Source: Antedon mediterranea
Taxonomy: Eukaryota; Animalia; Echinodermata
Assembly (NCBI RefSeq): GCF_964355755.1
Contig: NC_092671.1
Location: 32,622,304 to 32,686,303, forward strand
Length of the DNA stretch: 64,000 nucleotides
Direction of reading: 5' to 3'
Shown: piece after piece, positions 12,061 through 58,425 of the stretch
How positions within the stretch are numbered: the first letter of the stretch is position 1
How the letters are laid out: every line of letters starts with the position of its first letter
Position numbers and translations under genes: made by a program
Notes under the pieces: model-generated
The model's input: the letters and a program-made list of their open reading frames with translations, nothing else
Told to the model about the DNA's origin: nothing
Databases searched by the model: none

Positions 12061-12706
12061 TGTTACAGCCACTAATGTAGTAACAACTCCAGCTAATCTA
12101 GAAACATCAACAGATATGTAGTAAATTAATTCTTAACCGACCACCTCCGGTAACGACAACCTCTCGTCGTAACTACCTCTATTGAACCACCACCATCTCA
12201 TTTTAAGGGACCGCTTCTCATAATCGATCACGTCTCGTAAGTGATCACCTTCTCTAATAGGGACCGCTTCTCATAATCGATCACCTCTCGTAAGCGACCA
12301 CTTCTCTCAACCTGCAGTGATCACTTACGAGAGGTGGTCGATTTAACAGAGATGGTTGTTTACGATGTGTGGTCGTTTTAGAAAGGTGTTCGCTTACGAG
12401 ATGTGGATAGACTGATAACTGAGTAAAGGAATGCATTTGCGGATGATTTAGACATAGGTTTGTAAAATATATATATTTCTACATTAGCTGGCGATAGTAA
12501 CTAGCTACATTAGCTGTGAGGCAGTTTTCGTTACTACATTAGCTGTTGACTGTTCTACATTAGCTGGTGTTAATTTTGTATTTACTCCCTAAGATGTTGG
12601 TGTTTCTACATTAGCTGGAGGTTTTACAACATTAGTGGTGGATTGTTCTACATTAAAGGTTGTTTCGACATTAGCTGGCTTTTTCTACATTAACTAACAG
12701 GCAACA
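12061..12706. mobile_element. MITE-like element with CTACATTAGCTG subterminal repeats, with a nested CGACCACCTCTCGTAA-repeat element (about 12130-12410)
   Basis: CAGCTAATGTAG-type repeats at the left are inverse to multiple CTACATTAGCTG copies at the right; the internal GATCACCTCTCGTAAG / CTTACGAGAGGTGGTCG inverted repeats belong to a second family. Confidence 0.5.
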
Positions 12707-13227
12707 AAAACTTATCTACACTTTCAATTCGCGATCGAGTTTCTTTTCGGAAATGTGCAATATCCGCTCTAATGTTGTACAGTAGGCCTAAAACCTGTCA
12801 ATGATACTTAAAATAACATGAGCATAAAATTTAATTGCCAATAAAAATAGACAAGAAAATCTGTGAATATTGTAGATAGTACAGGCCAAGGACAATATCT
12901 GTTTTATATTATATTATGATTTTTTTTTATTCGCGTTATTATGTCGTAAATAAATGAACGCTAGCTTAATTTAGGCATTTACTAATCAAAAGTTACAGAA
13001 GGTTAACTATTGAAAAATCTTAATGACAATTTTAATAGAGCGCCACTAATTGCTATTGCAATTATCTCGATTCTCTTAAAGCAGCTCCTCAAATAATGAC
13101 ATTTTGATCAACAGTTTGTAATTAAAATGTAGCTAGCGAATGAAAAGTTCATTATTCACTGAGATGAGATAGAATACAGCATATCACACAGGTGTACCTT
13201 TAGGCTCCGGTACTTTATACTAACGAA

Positions 13228-14187
13228 ATGGAAACTACCATATTACTCTACTCGATTATTGGATCTATTGGGTGTTCGACAAATGGATTTGCGATATTCA
13301 TTCTGATTCATTTAAAGTTTACTACTACAAATCGTCTAATCTTAAATCAGTGCATTATTGATTTTCTTACTTCGTTGATGTCCCTCTGTCTTTTTCTTGA
13401 CGAGAATATAACAACTAGGCTACCAGAGTCGACTTTGGCTGCTGATTTTATTTGCAAGATTTGGTCGAGCAAGTACTTTTTCTGGTCCAGCACGTTTACT
13501 TCAACGGCAAACCTTGTAGTGCTTACATTTGATCGGTACTTTGCTGTCATTTATCCACTGAAATACAACATTATCAAGGAGAAAGCGGCGACGAAAGTGA
13601 TTCTGCTTCTTATTCCGTGGTTAAGCGGCTTCGGATTCATAATTCTTTGGTTAGCTGCACATACCGTAGAAGAGGGTACATGCGTTCAGAAGTGGCCAAG
13701 TGCTGCCTACCAGAAAATGTTTGGCTTGTTGAATGGTGTGTATATTCTTGTTATACCTATCAGCGTAATGATATTTGTATATTTTAAGATATTTCGCGCA
13801 CTTCGAAGTCAGGTTGGTGAAGTTTCATCAGTGGTGAGCTCGACCAGTGCGGCAAGGCGACTGAACATCATAAAGACAATGGCGATTGTTAGTGTCACTT
13901 ATGTTATCTGTTGGACTCCTAATCAAGTCGCTTTCATTAACTTTACATTGGGTGGTGAATTTGATTTTGACGGCCCAGTATATTATGTCACGGTTGCCAT
14001 GTCTTTGGTAAACATATGTATAAACCCTGTTATATACACATTTAAATACAATGATTTCAAAGCGGGTGTGCGGAAAACGTTACCGTGTTTAAAGAAAGTA
14101 TTCCCAATACAGGAACATGTTCCATTGGGATCAGATACTGGCAATACTGCAAAGAGTACAGTAGCGTTAAATATGGACAATAACTGA
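13228..14187 (+). CDS. Intronless rhodopsin-family (class A) GPCR, peptide-receptor-like orphan, 319 aa
   Basis: Seven hydrophobic segments; TM1 Asn, TM2 Asp, TM3 Cys, DRY (TFDRYFAVIYP), TM4 Trp, ECL2 Cys, CWTP in TM6, NPVIY in TM7, helix 8; intact ORF. Confidence 0.92.
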   Translation: METTILLYSIIGSIGCSTNGFAIFILIHLKFTTTNRLILNQCIIDFLTSLMSLCLFLDENITTRLPESTLAADFICKIWSSKYFFWSSTFTSTANLVVLTFDRYFAVIYPLKYNIIKEKAATKVILLLIPWLSGFGFIILWLAAHTVEEGTCVQKWPSAAYQKMFGLLNGVYILVIPISVMIFVYFKIFRALRSQVGEVSSVVSSTSAARRLNIIKTMAIVSVTYVICWTPNQVAFINFTLGGEFDFDGPVYYVTVAMSLVNICINPVIYTFKYNDFKAGVRKTLPCLKKVFPIQEHVPLGSDTGNTAKSTVALNMDNN

Positions 14188-15481
14188 TCTAAATAACGTA
14201 TATCAATGTTTTTTTTCATTAAACAGTATATAAGAATTCCTTTTTTGTGACACCCAGGATTCTACAATTCCAACACTTTGGAGAGAGGGGATGGTTCAAA
14301 AGAAATGATTTTAATAAGACATAAGATGTTTTAAATGGGATGGGATGATGAAAAAAACACCTTCAAAATGTCAACTAGAATCCTTATTTCAAATATTGTG
14401 ATGATTTTAATATTACTTAAATTAGAATAAATTATTGTTATTTTTATGTCATAAATCTAGAAACAAGAACTTGTATTAATAATTTTTGGTGTATAAATTA
14501 AGATCTTCTGTATATAGGCCTATGTATGTATAATTATTAAGAAAATGATATTTCATACGGTTTTAGTGGAAATTAAGTCGCCGATCTACAATGTTTTAAG
14601 AAATATGTTATCAGTAGATTTTCAACCGTCCGCGGTAGAAGTAATTTCCGGGTTGATGTAACAACTTTGCGACATTCATATTTTGATTTTTCACGAGCCA
14701 CGTGTGAGGTTAGTAAACTTGAAAATTATACTGCAAAATAATGATTAAATCATATGTAGACCTATTCATAAATCATCGGAGTAGTATATTGCCGGGAAAT
14801 TGTAAAACCAGAATATAAAAAGATGTTTGAATTAAAAATGTATTGATTAGGCCTATAGGCCTACTGTATTTGAATAAACGCCCCCATAAACAATTAAAAT
14901 AATATTATTTAAAGTGCAAAGAATAGTACATGGTTTTATGTTGTCAGATAATTTTGGTCAATTTTATACGCAACGATTTTACTCTGTGAAGTGCACCGTT
15001 TTTAGATAAGTGTCTTTTGATTCAATAAAAGACCTTTGCTGATTGATATCGTTTAAAGGCAAGTGTGCATAATGGACCTAACAATATAGACTAGGCTACT
15101 AACCTATGCTATTCTGTTCTTAAAAACAAACAAAAATATATAGCAATACATTAGGCGTACCTTAAATTATAACTTTGGTCGAACACGTAGGCCTACGAGC
15201 TCTTTACTTCAGTATTTTTCCTTGTTTGCGACTGAGCTAAATCTTTGCTTTTCTGTTATTCAAAAACACTACCGTTGCACGTTAATCACCTTCCCTATGT
15301 TTTTTAGATCTATTTTAAGATCACAAACTATATTTAATGTAAAAATAATACTATAATGGTCCTATTGCGATAACTTTTTCGTCTTTAAATGGATAAAAAT
15401 GTGAAAAATAAGTCGATTCTAATAATTATAGCGGCCCGCTATAAATCCCAAAATGCATTGCACGCGAATTGATATTTCTGG

Positions 15482-16214
15482 TTTTTAGTCGCGTGGACGC
15501 GACTCTATAGTTCACTATGTCGGTCTGTCTGTCTGTCGGTCCGGCATCACTATGCGTTTTATCGCTTTCTGACCTTATCTTGATATCAGTTTAATCTAGC
15601 TAGGTCAATTTTTCACAGTATATTCCTTATGGCCAGGAATCGATGTGGTTATGTTTTCACGGTGCGCAATAAAAAATTACGCGGTCTACGCACGATTTAA
15701 CGAAATCACGTTTGTAATCATATCTTCACAACCATGAATCACAATTAAATAAAATTTGGTACTCATAAATTTCAAGGCATAAATCATCATATGGCAATAC
15801 AAATACGTGCGTAGCGCATGTAACGCATGCGTACGCGCGCTTAAAATTTTCAAAATTTATTTTCGATGAAATAAGAGTACGTTTCAGGCAATTTTAAGCG
15901 TTTACAAAATTGCCATGAGTGCGCATATTTTTGCGCGCGCACTGCGCGTTAAATTTTATTGCGCACTCTTTTTGCCCGATTTCTGTTTTCTTGACTTACT
16001 TTTCAACTCGAAATCACGTTATACGAGCACGTCAAAAGTGACATTTCAACATTTTTAAACATGTTCAGTAATTTCGGTCAGTATAGTTCACTATGTCGGT
16101 CGGTCGGTCTGTCTGTCGGTCTGTCTGTCTGTCGGTCTGTCTGTCTGTCGGTCTGTCTGTCGGTCCGGTATCACTATGCATTGTAGCACGCGACTTAATG
16201 GCTGTTGGCCTTGT
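15482..16214 (+). mobile_element. Helentron-associated non-autonomous element (HINE/DINE-1-like) with (GTCY)n
   Basis: 5' AGTCGCGTG plus palindrome, 3' CACGCGACT subterminal IR, short hairpin and T-run; TATAGTTCACTATGTCGGTC(TGTC)n core duplicated at about 15506 and 16082. Confidence 0.75.
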
Positions 16215-16779
16215 TTTTCTGTAATTCACCCACTTTTCGATCGATCGTGAGGCCAAAACAAATGGAAGACTTTTCAGCAAAAATATCGGGTTTTCCCCAA
16301 TTTTTATCAACAGAGTCTGGCAAAAAAAGAAAGACAATTAATGCAGCAACTATACAACGTCAGGCTAGGTATATAACTAGCGTACGATGTTCGTACGTTG
16401 CCGATGTTTACCAGCTAGGCCTACAAAACTAAGCCTAGCTAGGCTAGGCCTAAAGACCGTCCACGACAGGTCAGTCGCATCGGGCTACTTAGGTAGTGCA
16501 TTGTTTCTCACTTTTTATCATAATTTACCATAAAACGTACATTTAAGACAAAGAATGACCTGGTTTAATGTTTTTAAAGTAATATATATGTATTATTTTT
16601 ACAAAACGTCACAAATTGTAAGGAATGTGTCTTCTGAAACGCCCGCTGTTCCAAAGATTCCAAGCACATACTATACACACTACTCGCCTGGACTATCTCA
16701 ACCAATATGCCTGCCTTGAAGAAAACCGACCGAGATTCAAATTTGTTTCTATCTATGTATATGGTTTGCTTATGCCATA

Positions 16780-16990
16780 AATGAGGCGCCATATGCGATA
16801 CATACACAATTTCACAATGTATTACAAAATTTGCCTATGATAAAAATAAACAAACATACCAGATCAGCACACGATCCCCATCTCTTTTCGAATAGTGTAC
16901 AAAGTTCTTTAAGGTGCACTATGGACACGGCTTTACGTCCCATCCAAAGAACGAGGTAATGAGAGTGAATGGCAAGTGTCTTAATACATG
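16780..16990 (-). mobile_element. Degenerate SINE fragment with a Nin/Deu-like central domain
   Basis: Minus strand GTGCACCTTAAAGAAC...TTCGAAAAGAGATGGG, similar to 55117-55160. Confidence 0.4.
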
Positions 16991-17724
16991 TGTTACAATA
17001 CAACAAAAAACATGTCTTTTTCTTCACTTGAGTAGCGCACTCAGTGACAATTTATTTCATCGATACATAGAGAAATACAAAATTAACAAATAAAAGGAGT
17101 TAAATATTTGTGCATTTGAATAACATGATTATTAAGCCAACGCATTATTTTGTAAGGTACCGTAGGTATGTGGTTTACAAAAAGGTAAATAATTGAATAA
17201 TGTCAACAATTCGACACTTTTATATCCAAAAGTCGTGCCACGCACTCGTTAAACGATACTCCTGAAAAGGAGCCGCACTAAACTTGACTTTCGATAAAGC
17301 TTGGTTACCACTAGGTCGCAAGAATGTAGCGGCAGTTTAGGTTAAGGTGCTTATTTCACGTTTTAAATAAAAATGGTTTTTAGTCTGAAAAGGAACAAGT
17401 GTGACTGTAGCTTTATCATTCGCTTAACAGTGAAAATAAAGATTGGTTCTCACTATGACGCAAAGCAATGACGTCAGCGTAGGTAAACGATATTGACTAA
17501 TCACAAGCGATGGATTATTCGAATTGGCGCTGTTCATTAATCAACTCGCTTGCGCTGCGTCTACATAAATGCGTTGCGTCTACATAATCTCGTTGCGTAC
17601 TAGTAGGTGGAAATAAGTTTAAGAAGCGTCGCTGCAAATAAGCACTGTACCAAACATCAATCAATACTACAGAATCTTAGACCTTGTTGTAACTTGATTT
17701 AAGAGTCTTCACATCTATCTATTG

Positions 17725-17987
17725 GCGCATAGGCGCATGGAGCGTCGTCGAAACATTAACGTTCTATTTGATCTGCCGGCACCGGAACCGTGCCGGAACA
17801 GGTGTGAAGGGTCTTTCACACCTGTTCCGGTCCGGCGCCGGCAAGTCTAATCGAACGTCAATGTTTCGTTGTTACGCGGCTACGCGCATATCGACTGACG
17901 CATAGCCGCGTGGAGCGTCGTGAAAACGAAACATTGGCGTTCGATTCGCCGGACCGGAACCGTGCTGGAACAGGTGTGAAAGGCCCT
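17725..17987. mobile_element. Palindromic PIF/Harbinger-like MITE plus an adjacent half copy
   Basis: TIRs GGGTCTTTCACACCTGTTCC / GGAACAGGTGTGAAAGGCCC (17808-17986); 17725-17807 repeats the right arm. Confidence 0.65.
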
Positions 17988-18341
17988 TTAAAGACCATTC
18001 AGTCGAGAATTTCGGAGAATAAACAATCGCATTAAAATCAAGACCATTTAAATATTGTTGATAGGCACAAAACAAGGACCAATAACGTTCTTTAAAAATA
18101 ATTGTTCTAAAAACGTACGGTACCGTAATACACATTTTGAAATTGTATGTAAATATTCATATTGCATAGGGATGTACATGTAATAGATACAAATAATATA
18201 ACTTCGATTGCTATTTTACAAATAGGCCTATAGGCTAACAAGGAAGATAATAAATATCCTTGCATAAGCATTCCTTTTAAAAAGATGTCTACTAAAAAAA
18301 AATACATTTCCCACAAACACAACGATAGGAAATTACAATTA

Positions 18342-18510
18342 AGGCCATTTTACACAGACGAGCGGTAACGGTAGCTTGTCCCTCCCACGTAGAATCTGTT
18401 CACCGGAAACCGCCCGTCCGCTCCGCGCTCTCTGTAAATGGTCATATAAAGAATAACAAAATTATTATACTTTTATTACCGTTAGTGCGCTCGTCTGTGT
18501 AAATTGGCCT
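18342..18510. mobile_element. MITE with AGGCC termini (Harbinger-like)
   Basis: AGGCCATTTTACACAGACGAGCG / CGCTCGTCTGTGTAAATTGGCCT. Confidence 0.65.
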
Positions 18511-18750
18511 ACAATGTACGGTTGAATCCTTACAGAAAGTAGGTTAAGCCGTCTGCAACAGTAGCCTACATTGACTTAATCAACGTTAATGAGGAATCAA
18601 ACTGTTAATGAATAATAAATTAATTTGAGATTATCAATATACCACAAGCATCGCTTTAGAAAGCAAATAGGCGAGTACTAGTAAACAAAAATACCATGCT
18701 GCACTTAATATAAATATAGAATGGAAAACAATGCTGCACTGCACGGTTCT

Positions 18751-19817
18751 CAGTGCTGCAAATCAGTGACAACATGGGACTATTTCTGCTGGTAAGTAAT
18801 CCCGTTTAAAAAAAACCCGTTTTTCTGGTACCAGTTTTTAAAACGGTTTTAAGAAACTTGAATAAAGATTTGTTTTGATTATTTTTTAAGATTGATTGAT
18901 AATACTGTAATTTCTTAATACTACAATATTGTTTAATTTGAATAAATGTGTTATTATGCTGTCAAATATGTTATTAAAAATAATCTTTGGTAAATTAAAA
19001 TTATTAAAAGTAATAATCGCAGTGTAAAGTTAGTTAAAACTTAATTATACGCCTATAATAATAGGACATAACCTTCACTGTTCAGGATTAAAATTGTATA
19101 TACATTTATATATTAGTTGAATGCTTTGAATTTGCCTGTTTAGGTACCCGACCCTTTCCTGCAAAGTTAATAAATAAATAAATGAATGAATGGCAAACTA
19201 TAAAACATTTCGTCAAATAATAGTGGTATACGCTTAGAGAGGTAGAGTGGTATAATATACACGAACATATTATTTTAATATATAAATGTTTAGTAACAAA
19301 ACAATACTGCATCAAATGTCCAAAAGCAATTATCTTATCCTGTGGTGTATGCGTTATATCATGCATTTGATTCACAAATGAAACAGAGGTATTCCTATTA
19401 GCCGATCGCATAGCGACGTACTGGGCTACATCCTGCAGTATCGTGTCTGCTGACGGCGACAAACTCGTATCATATCATATCTCCTGATATTAACTTAACC
19501 TAACCCTATACATATTTCATTCGTATCACACATGTGGTGAAGATTGCTGTCAGAAGACGTTATACTGTAGGACGTTCAACGTCGCTAGACGAGATACATT
19601 AAGTATCGAAGGCGTATCGGGTATTATAATATTATAGGCCTTCGAATTCGGAAAAACATGCAGTTGAAGATCACCGGTGTTCTAAGCAATTTTTATTTTG
19701 TAAATTTCAATTATCGCGAGCCTGTTTCTGCTGGAAAAAAAAACCCCGGTTTAAAAAAAAAATCTCAATCGTCAAAACCGGTTTTTTAAAACGGTTTCCA
19801 ATTTTTATTTGCAACAC
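18751..19817. mobile_element. Possible decayed hAT-like non-autonomous element
   Basis: CAGTGCTGCAAAT at the left, ATTTGCAACAC at the right, AAAACCGGTTTT subterminal motifs near both ends; no TSD visible. Confidence 0.35.
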
Positions 19818-21048
19818 AAACGCGGTCTCAATTTGACCTCGCTTCAGAAAGTCACTGAATGGCGCGAACATTTTGAGTACAAAATAACCTGCAACGTCAT
19901 CTTTTAGGCATATTAGGCTTTTTAACATGAAAATGTCCAACTACCGCATCTTTGAGCACTGACCTACTGTACTGCGAGCAGATATATGGACTGAAAAAAG
20001 AGAGAAGGTACTAATTTGTAGAAAATGTGACAACTTGACTGTTCATAAATAAGCTTCACATGTGGCCTGAAAGACCACACGGACTATACAGAGTGTACAA
20101 TCGTCTGTTTCATCTGCATAAAAGAGAAGCTGTAAACTTAGCTTTCCTATGCCAATATTTTGTAGTAAAACAATGGCCTTTCGGATCTGACAAGCAATGA
20201 AGCATTCAAATATATAGGCCTACTATAAATAAATCTGTACCAGCAGAAATATAAAGATATCCATGTCAATGTAGCACACTTAAATACATACTTTGGTAAC
20301 TGTGCAAAATAATTGGTGTCTTTTCAATATTTATATTAAGTATTGTTTACAAGCAATATTTAAAAAATGTAAATCAGTAAAATAAGTATATATTAGTACC
20401 ACATAAATGTTCAGTTAAAGTTGACATTAGTATCGACTGTACTTGTTTACTCTTTCATTGTTAAGTTGTTTTGAAGCTGTACAATTAAACATTATAAGTA
20501 TTGGCTGGATAGTTGCTATATATATGCTAAATAAATACTAAATCACCATATATTTGCACATGATAGTAAATTGCACGATGTTTAGTTACTTTATGCTTTT
20601 GGGAAAAAATATGCATTGATGGAAAGACTTTATAACACGTTGGAAATTCAAATTAAACCTGTTTTTACCTGTATAATAACTGCTTGGAACTGGCATTGAA
20701 ACATTTTCAGTTTATTCGCCTTAGAGTCAACCAGTTAAAACTAGTTTTACAACTGATATCTACAGGTTTTAACTGGAATTTTCTTATGGATTTAAACATG
20801 GACATTCACAACAAGTTAGACCTGTACTCCAAACGGCCACACAAGACTACCCTCCAATAAATAATTTCATCACCACAACTAAATCTTAAAAAGCTTTTAG
20901 CCTAACGATATTAACATCTTTCATCATTAACATCAAGTATGACCTTGTTTTTTAAAGTAATATTAAAATTGATTTTTTACTATTATAATTTTAATCAAAT
21001 AGGAGCAATATATGCTGTATGAATAATGCTAATCCGGATGTATCTTAA

Positions 21049-21595
21049 AGATATATTGTCCCTTGAAACACACAAAAATGAAGGTAAAACTATTCTAACT
21101 TTAAATTGGCCATATCAAAGTAATATTAAAGTTATTCACTTTAATTCGAGCCAAAAACAACAATTTTACGTAATTAACAGCTAAATTAATTTGATTACAT
21201 TTCATCTGGAAAATCGTCGCAAGCGAAAGTAAAGAAAGATTTCAAACCATGAGTGTACATTATGCATGATGCTAATTAGGATTGTTTACAACTCGTCACG
21301 GTTGAGAAGGTGTTTTCACAAAGATCGCGAGGAAGTTTTATGATTAGGCCTAATGCATACAGAGTAGCCAAATAAGCGCGTTGCATTATAAGATATGTTT
21401 TGATCGAAAACTTTGACTGGAAGTCAAAGTTATTTTTTAAACCAAAAAACATCTGTATTTCAGTTAAATGATTTTTTTTTCCACTCATTTTTGGTGAAAG
21501 TTAATAACCATTATGATACTTCAAAATGACCCACTTTTTTTCGAAATTTTTTTTTATATTTTTTTTTTGGAATTTAACAAAGGGACAATACATCT
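21049..21595. mobile_element. Kolobok-like non-autonomous element, copy 1
   Basis: TTAA TSDs (21045-21048, 21596-21599); TIRs AGATATATTGTCCCTT / AAGGGACAATACATCT; homologous to 40620-41168. Confidence 0.85.
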
Positions 21596-22504
21596 TTAAG
21601 TTGATAGCTAGGGATAGAAACAAACGAAATTGTTTTCATGAAATGTTAGGCATACATATGGATACCAATCTTCTGTAAATTTACAGCTGATATACCAATT
21701 TAAAGCAGAAATATCAACAATTTAAATGGATACAGCTATCAGCTATGTTTTAAAATAAACATATACACTGTTCGCCAACTTTTAAAACGCAAATTATAGT
21801 ACAAAATAAACATTTAAAACATGTTGTTGATGTTAACCATCAGGCTCTGAGTGACTTTAGTTGCCTATATCATGAATGTATCCATTCCTATAATTAGCTG
21901 CATGTTTCTAATGAATATAAAAGGCATTGCTAATTGAAAATGTACTGTAGTCTCATCTTACAAAAGTTTGAACGCCAGCTTTTATATAACAAAGCTTTTT
22001 ACCACACAGCATATGTGAACGCATTCACCATTCTAAAAATTCTTCTATGAAAGTAAACACCACTTAAGTATAATCCATAATATTGATTGAATCAAGCGAG
22101 CTAATTTTAGAAAATAATAATAATACATCACTTAAGTTGTGATAGGTGAATACGGACACTTTTATAAATACTGTATGACAAATGCAATTATTTAATACAA
22201 ATTTAAAGTACTGAATTTGGATGTATAATATTATAACATAATTGATAATATTTTATAATCAAGACACAATTTGATTTTAAAAAGTTTCACTGCAAACATT
22301 TAGAATAACATTACCAAATCACACAAATATATAAATTTTACATTATAATTTTACATAAACAACATGGGCAATGGTAACTGTAGTAATAATATTAAGCATA
22401 TAATTCTGCAAAATTTCTTATTTCTTTGCTCTTTTAGTAAATTTGTATTTTATAGACATTATTTAATTATTTAATGTTTGAACACATTTCAAAATACCAA
22501 AAAT

Positions 22505-23370
22505 GCAAGATACATGGAAAAGAGAAATGTTGGGAATAAAGGTAAGATGCATGTTGAGAAATATGGAAAAGATAAATGTTGGGAATAAAGGTAAGATGTA
22601 TGTTGAGAAATATGGAAAAGATAAATGTTGGGAATAAAGGTAAGATGCATGTTGAGAAATATGGAAAAGATCAATGTTGGGAATAAAGGTAAGATGAATG
22701 TTGAGAAATATGGAAAAGATAAATATTGGGAATAAAGTAAGATGCATGTTGAGATATATGGAAAAGATAAATGTTGGGAATAAAGGTAAGATGCATGTTG
22801 AGAAATATGGAAAAGATAAATGTTGGGAATAAAGGTAAGATGCATGTTGAGAAATATGGAAAAGATCAATGTTGGGAATAAAGGTAAGATGAATGTTGAG
22901 AAATATGGAAAAGATAAATATTGGGAATAAAGTAAGATGCATGTTGAGATATATGGAAAAGATAAATGTTAGGGAATAAAGGTAAGATGCATGTTGAGAA
23001 ATATAGAAAAGATGAATGTTGGGAATAAAGGTAAGATGCATGTTGAGAAATATGGAAAAGATAAATGTTGGGAATAAAGGTAAGATGCATGTTGAGAAAT
23101 ATAGAAAAGATGAATGTTGGGAATAAAGGTAAGATGCATGTTGAGAAATATGGAAAAGATAAATGTTGGGAATAAAGGTAAGATGCATGTTGAGAAATAT
23201 GGAAAAGATAAATGTTGGGAATAAAGGTAAGATGCATGTTGAGAAATATGAAAAAGATAAATGTTGGGAATAAAGGTAAGATGCATGTTGAGAAATATGG
23301 AAAAGAGAAATGTTGGGAATAGAGGCAAGATAAATGTTGAGAAATATGGAAAAGATATACTTTGGGAAAA
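22505..23370. repeat. 49-bp minisatellite, about 17 copies, built from two related 24/25-bp halves
   Basis: Unit GATGCATGTTGAGAAATATGGAAAAGATAAATGTTGGGAATAAAGGTAA. Confidence 0.95.
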
Positions 23371-23546
23371 CTTCACCTTATGTCATGTATTTGTGACTGC
23401 ATATTTTCCATATAGAGGCAGCAATAGTTTATGATAAAAAACTATTTTTAATATAGATTTTGAGGCACATACTTTCATTTGGCATTCAAGAATGCTATTC
23501 ATAGGTGTTTTTTGAGAAGTGTATTAATTTATATTAACATCATTAA

Positions 23547-23822
23547 AGATGTTTTGTCCCCGAAAACATGAAACATAAAGTGATTAAAATAAAAATTTGA
23601 ATAGGACATTTTTTAGTTTAATAAAGTTATTCCCTTTTCGCACAACAAAATTAACAAAAATAAAGATTTCACTAGACAGACAACATTTAAATAAATCTAT
23701 TGTCTGACAAAAAATGCTGTCTGTCGATCTAAAGTGAATATTAGGCCTAACAATTAGGCGTATGCGACATTAAAAATGAGATAAACAATGTTTAAAAATT
23801 GTTTCAGAGCGACAATATATCT
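23547..23822. mobile_element. Short, diverged Kolobok-like MITE
   Basis: TTAA flanks; AGATGTTTTGTCCC / GCGACAATATATCT termini related to those of 21049-21595. Confidence 0.65.
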
Positions 23823-24939
23823 TTAAATAAGTTGGCCAAGTGGATAATATCTTACACAAACCCAATTGTCACTTACTGGCAAAATACTGGTAGTGTAAAG
23901 ATAAAGACAAACGCATGGCAAGGCTTTATCATTATGTAAACAAGAACCAATAGAGGGAAGCAAACATTTAAATGTGTACAATGTGTATTTTCATTTCCTC
24001 CATTCTGGTTTTAGTAAAGTGTGTAGTTGCGGATAATACTTTTAGGCACTTGTACTGCTGTGATTTGGAAGAGTGAGGTTGACATACTCTCTTCCAATAA
24101 ACATCACGGTAAAACGAGGTTTGTGAGTTGCAAATGGTTTTGTTGTTTATGGTTGTCATTAAGAGGGACCAATTACTTTTTTTTTATATCATACAATAGA
24201 TATTTCATTTTTTTAAAAATCATGGTTTATGCAAAAAAGGCATAATGACCTACCTACAAATAGACTTATTAACATTATATTTCAACAAAGCATTATATAA
24301 TTCAATTACTTTTAGGTTTGCTGTTTTTACAAAAATAGACAATATAGAAACATTTTCGCTTTAATAATGGATTATGAAAAAAGAAAAATGAAATATTTGT
24401 ATAAATCAGTACATTAAAAACACAGTAAAAACATTTACCAAACTTAAAATTTCTGAAAAAAATAGAACAATAACCTGTTAAAAATATGTTTATGAAAAAC
24501 AATATTTAGACATGGACAGAATGCGCTTAAATGTCCAATAATAGGAAAACTTTTACATAAAGTCATTTACAATAATAATACACGCCTGATTTACAATTAC
24601 AATAATGATTTTGTTTTACATTATAATATATTTTTTTCAATTAGCATAGAAATAGGCCTAATAACTGTATATAAAAATGTGCATATATAGTTTGTATTTG
24701 ATAAAGACAAGCATTGGAATTAACACAACCAAAACAATTCTCTTTCAGTATTTGCAACTCAATGAATAAAACATTCGTTGACATTCATTTCAATCTGGAT
24801 TCACTTTAAAAAGCTTATTTTTCAAATAGATTCAAGCAGAACAATTTTTTCCTTGAGCAATATCATTTTCCTTATACTGTTGTCAGTTTTTGGTATTAAA
24901 TATAGATCTCACCTACTGTCCTCTATTGACTAGTTTGCT

Positions 24940-57917
<32,978 letters not shown>

Positions 57918-58425
57918 CTGCAAAGAAATACAAACAATTATAATATAATTGTTTATGGACCAGTGTTAATACATATCCTAGCAAAAAATGCACTCAACAG
58001 TAAAAAGAATTCCACAAACAAAAAAGCAAATGAAATCAATCATTGGATAACATTTACACAAACATATCACAAGTAAAGAATTGCTAGATATTACAGAAGA
58101 TGTACTTTTCATCATTTATTTTTCAAATTTATTTAGTAACTTTTGAATACAAAAAATGTTATGTCCACCTGAAAATACTACATTCTAATAATAGTTGAGT
58201 GAGTAAAATGAGTATTAAAACATGAATAAAATTGTATTAATTTAAAGCAAAAAAACAGTCAAATTGTCTGTCAGACAATGTTTTTTTTTGTTATATTTAA
58301 CCGTTCATTTTGACTTTTATTAAAGTAAAATCATTATTCATCATGGTTTTTTTTTCCCTAAAGAAGTAGGTACTGTAAGTAACTTTTTTTAAACCCTATA
58401 GGAGTGGACCTGTTTGCAGCTAAAT

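Noticed and set aside
22505-23370. CRISPR-like periodicity
   Set aside because: No unique spacers, no cas genes, eukaryotic context; the same applies to the 364-bp and 21-bp arrays.
22463-23376. Overlapping repetitive ORFs on the minus strand
   Set aside because: Artefacts of the 49-bp minisatellite.
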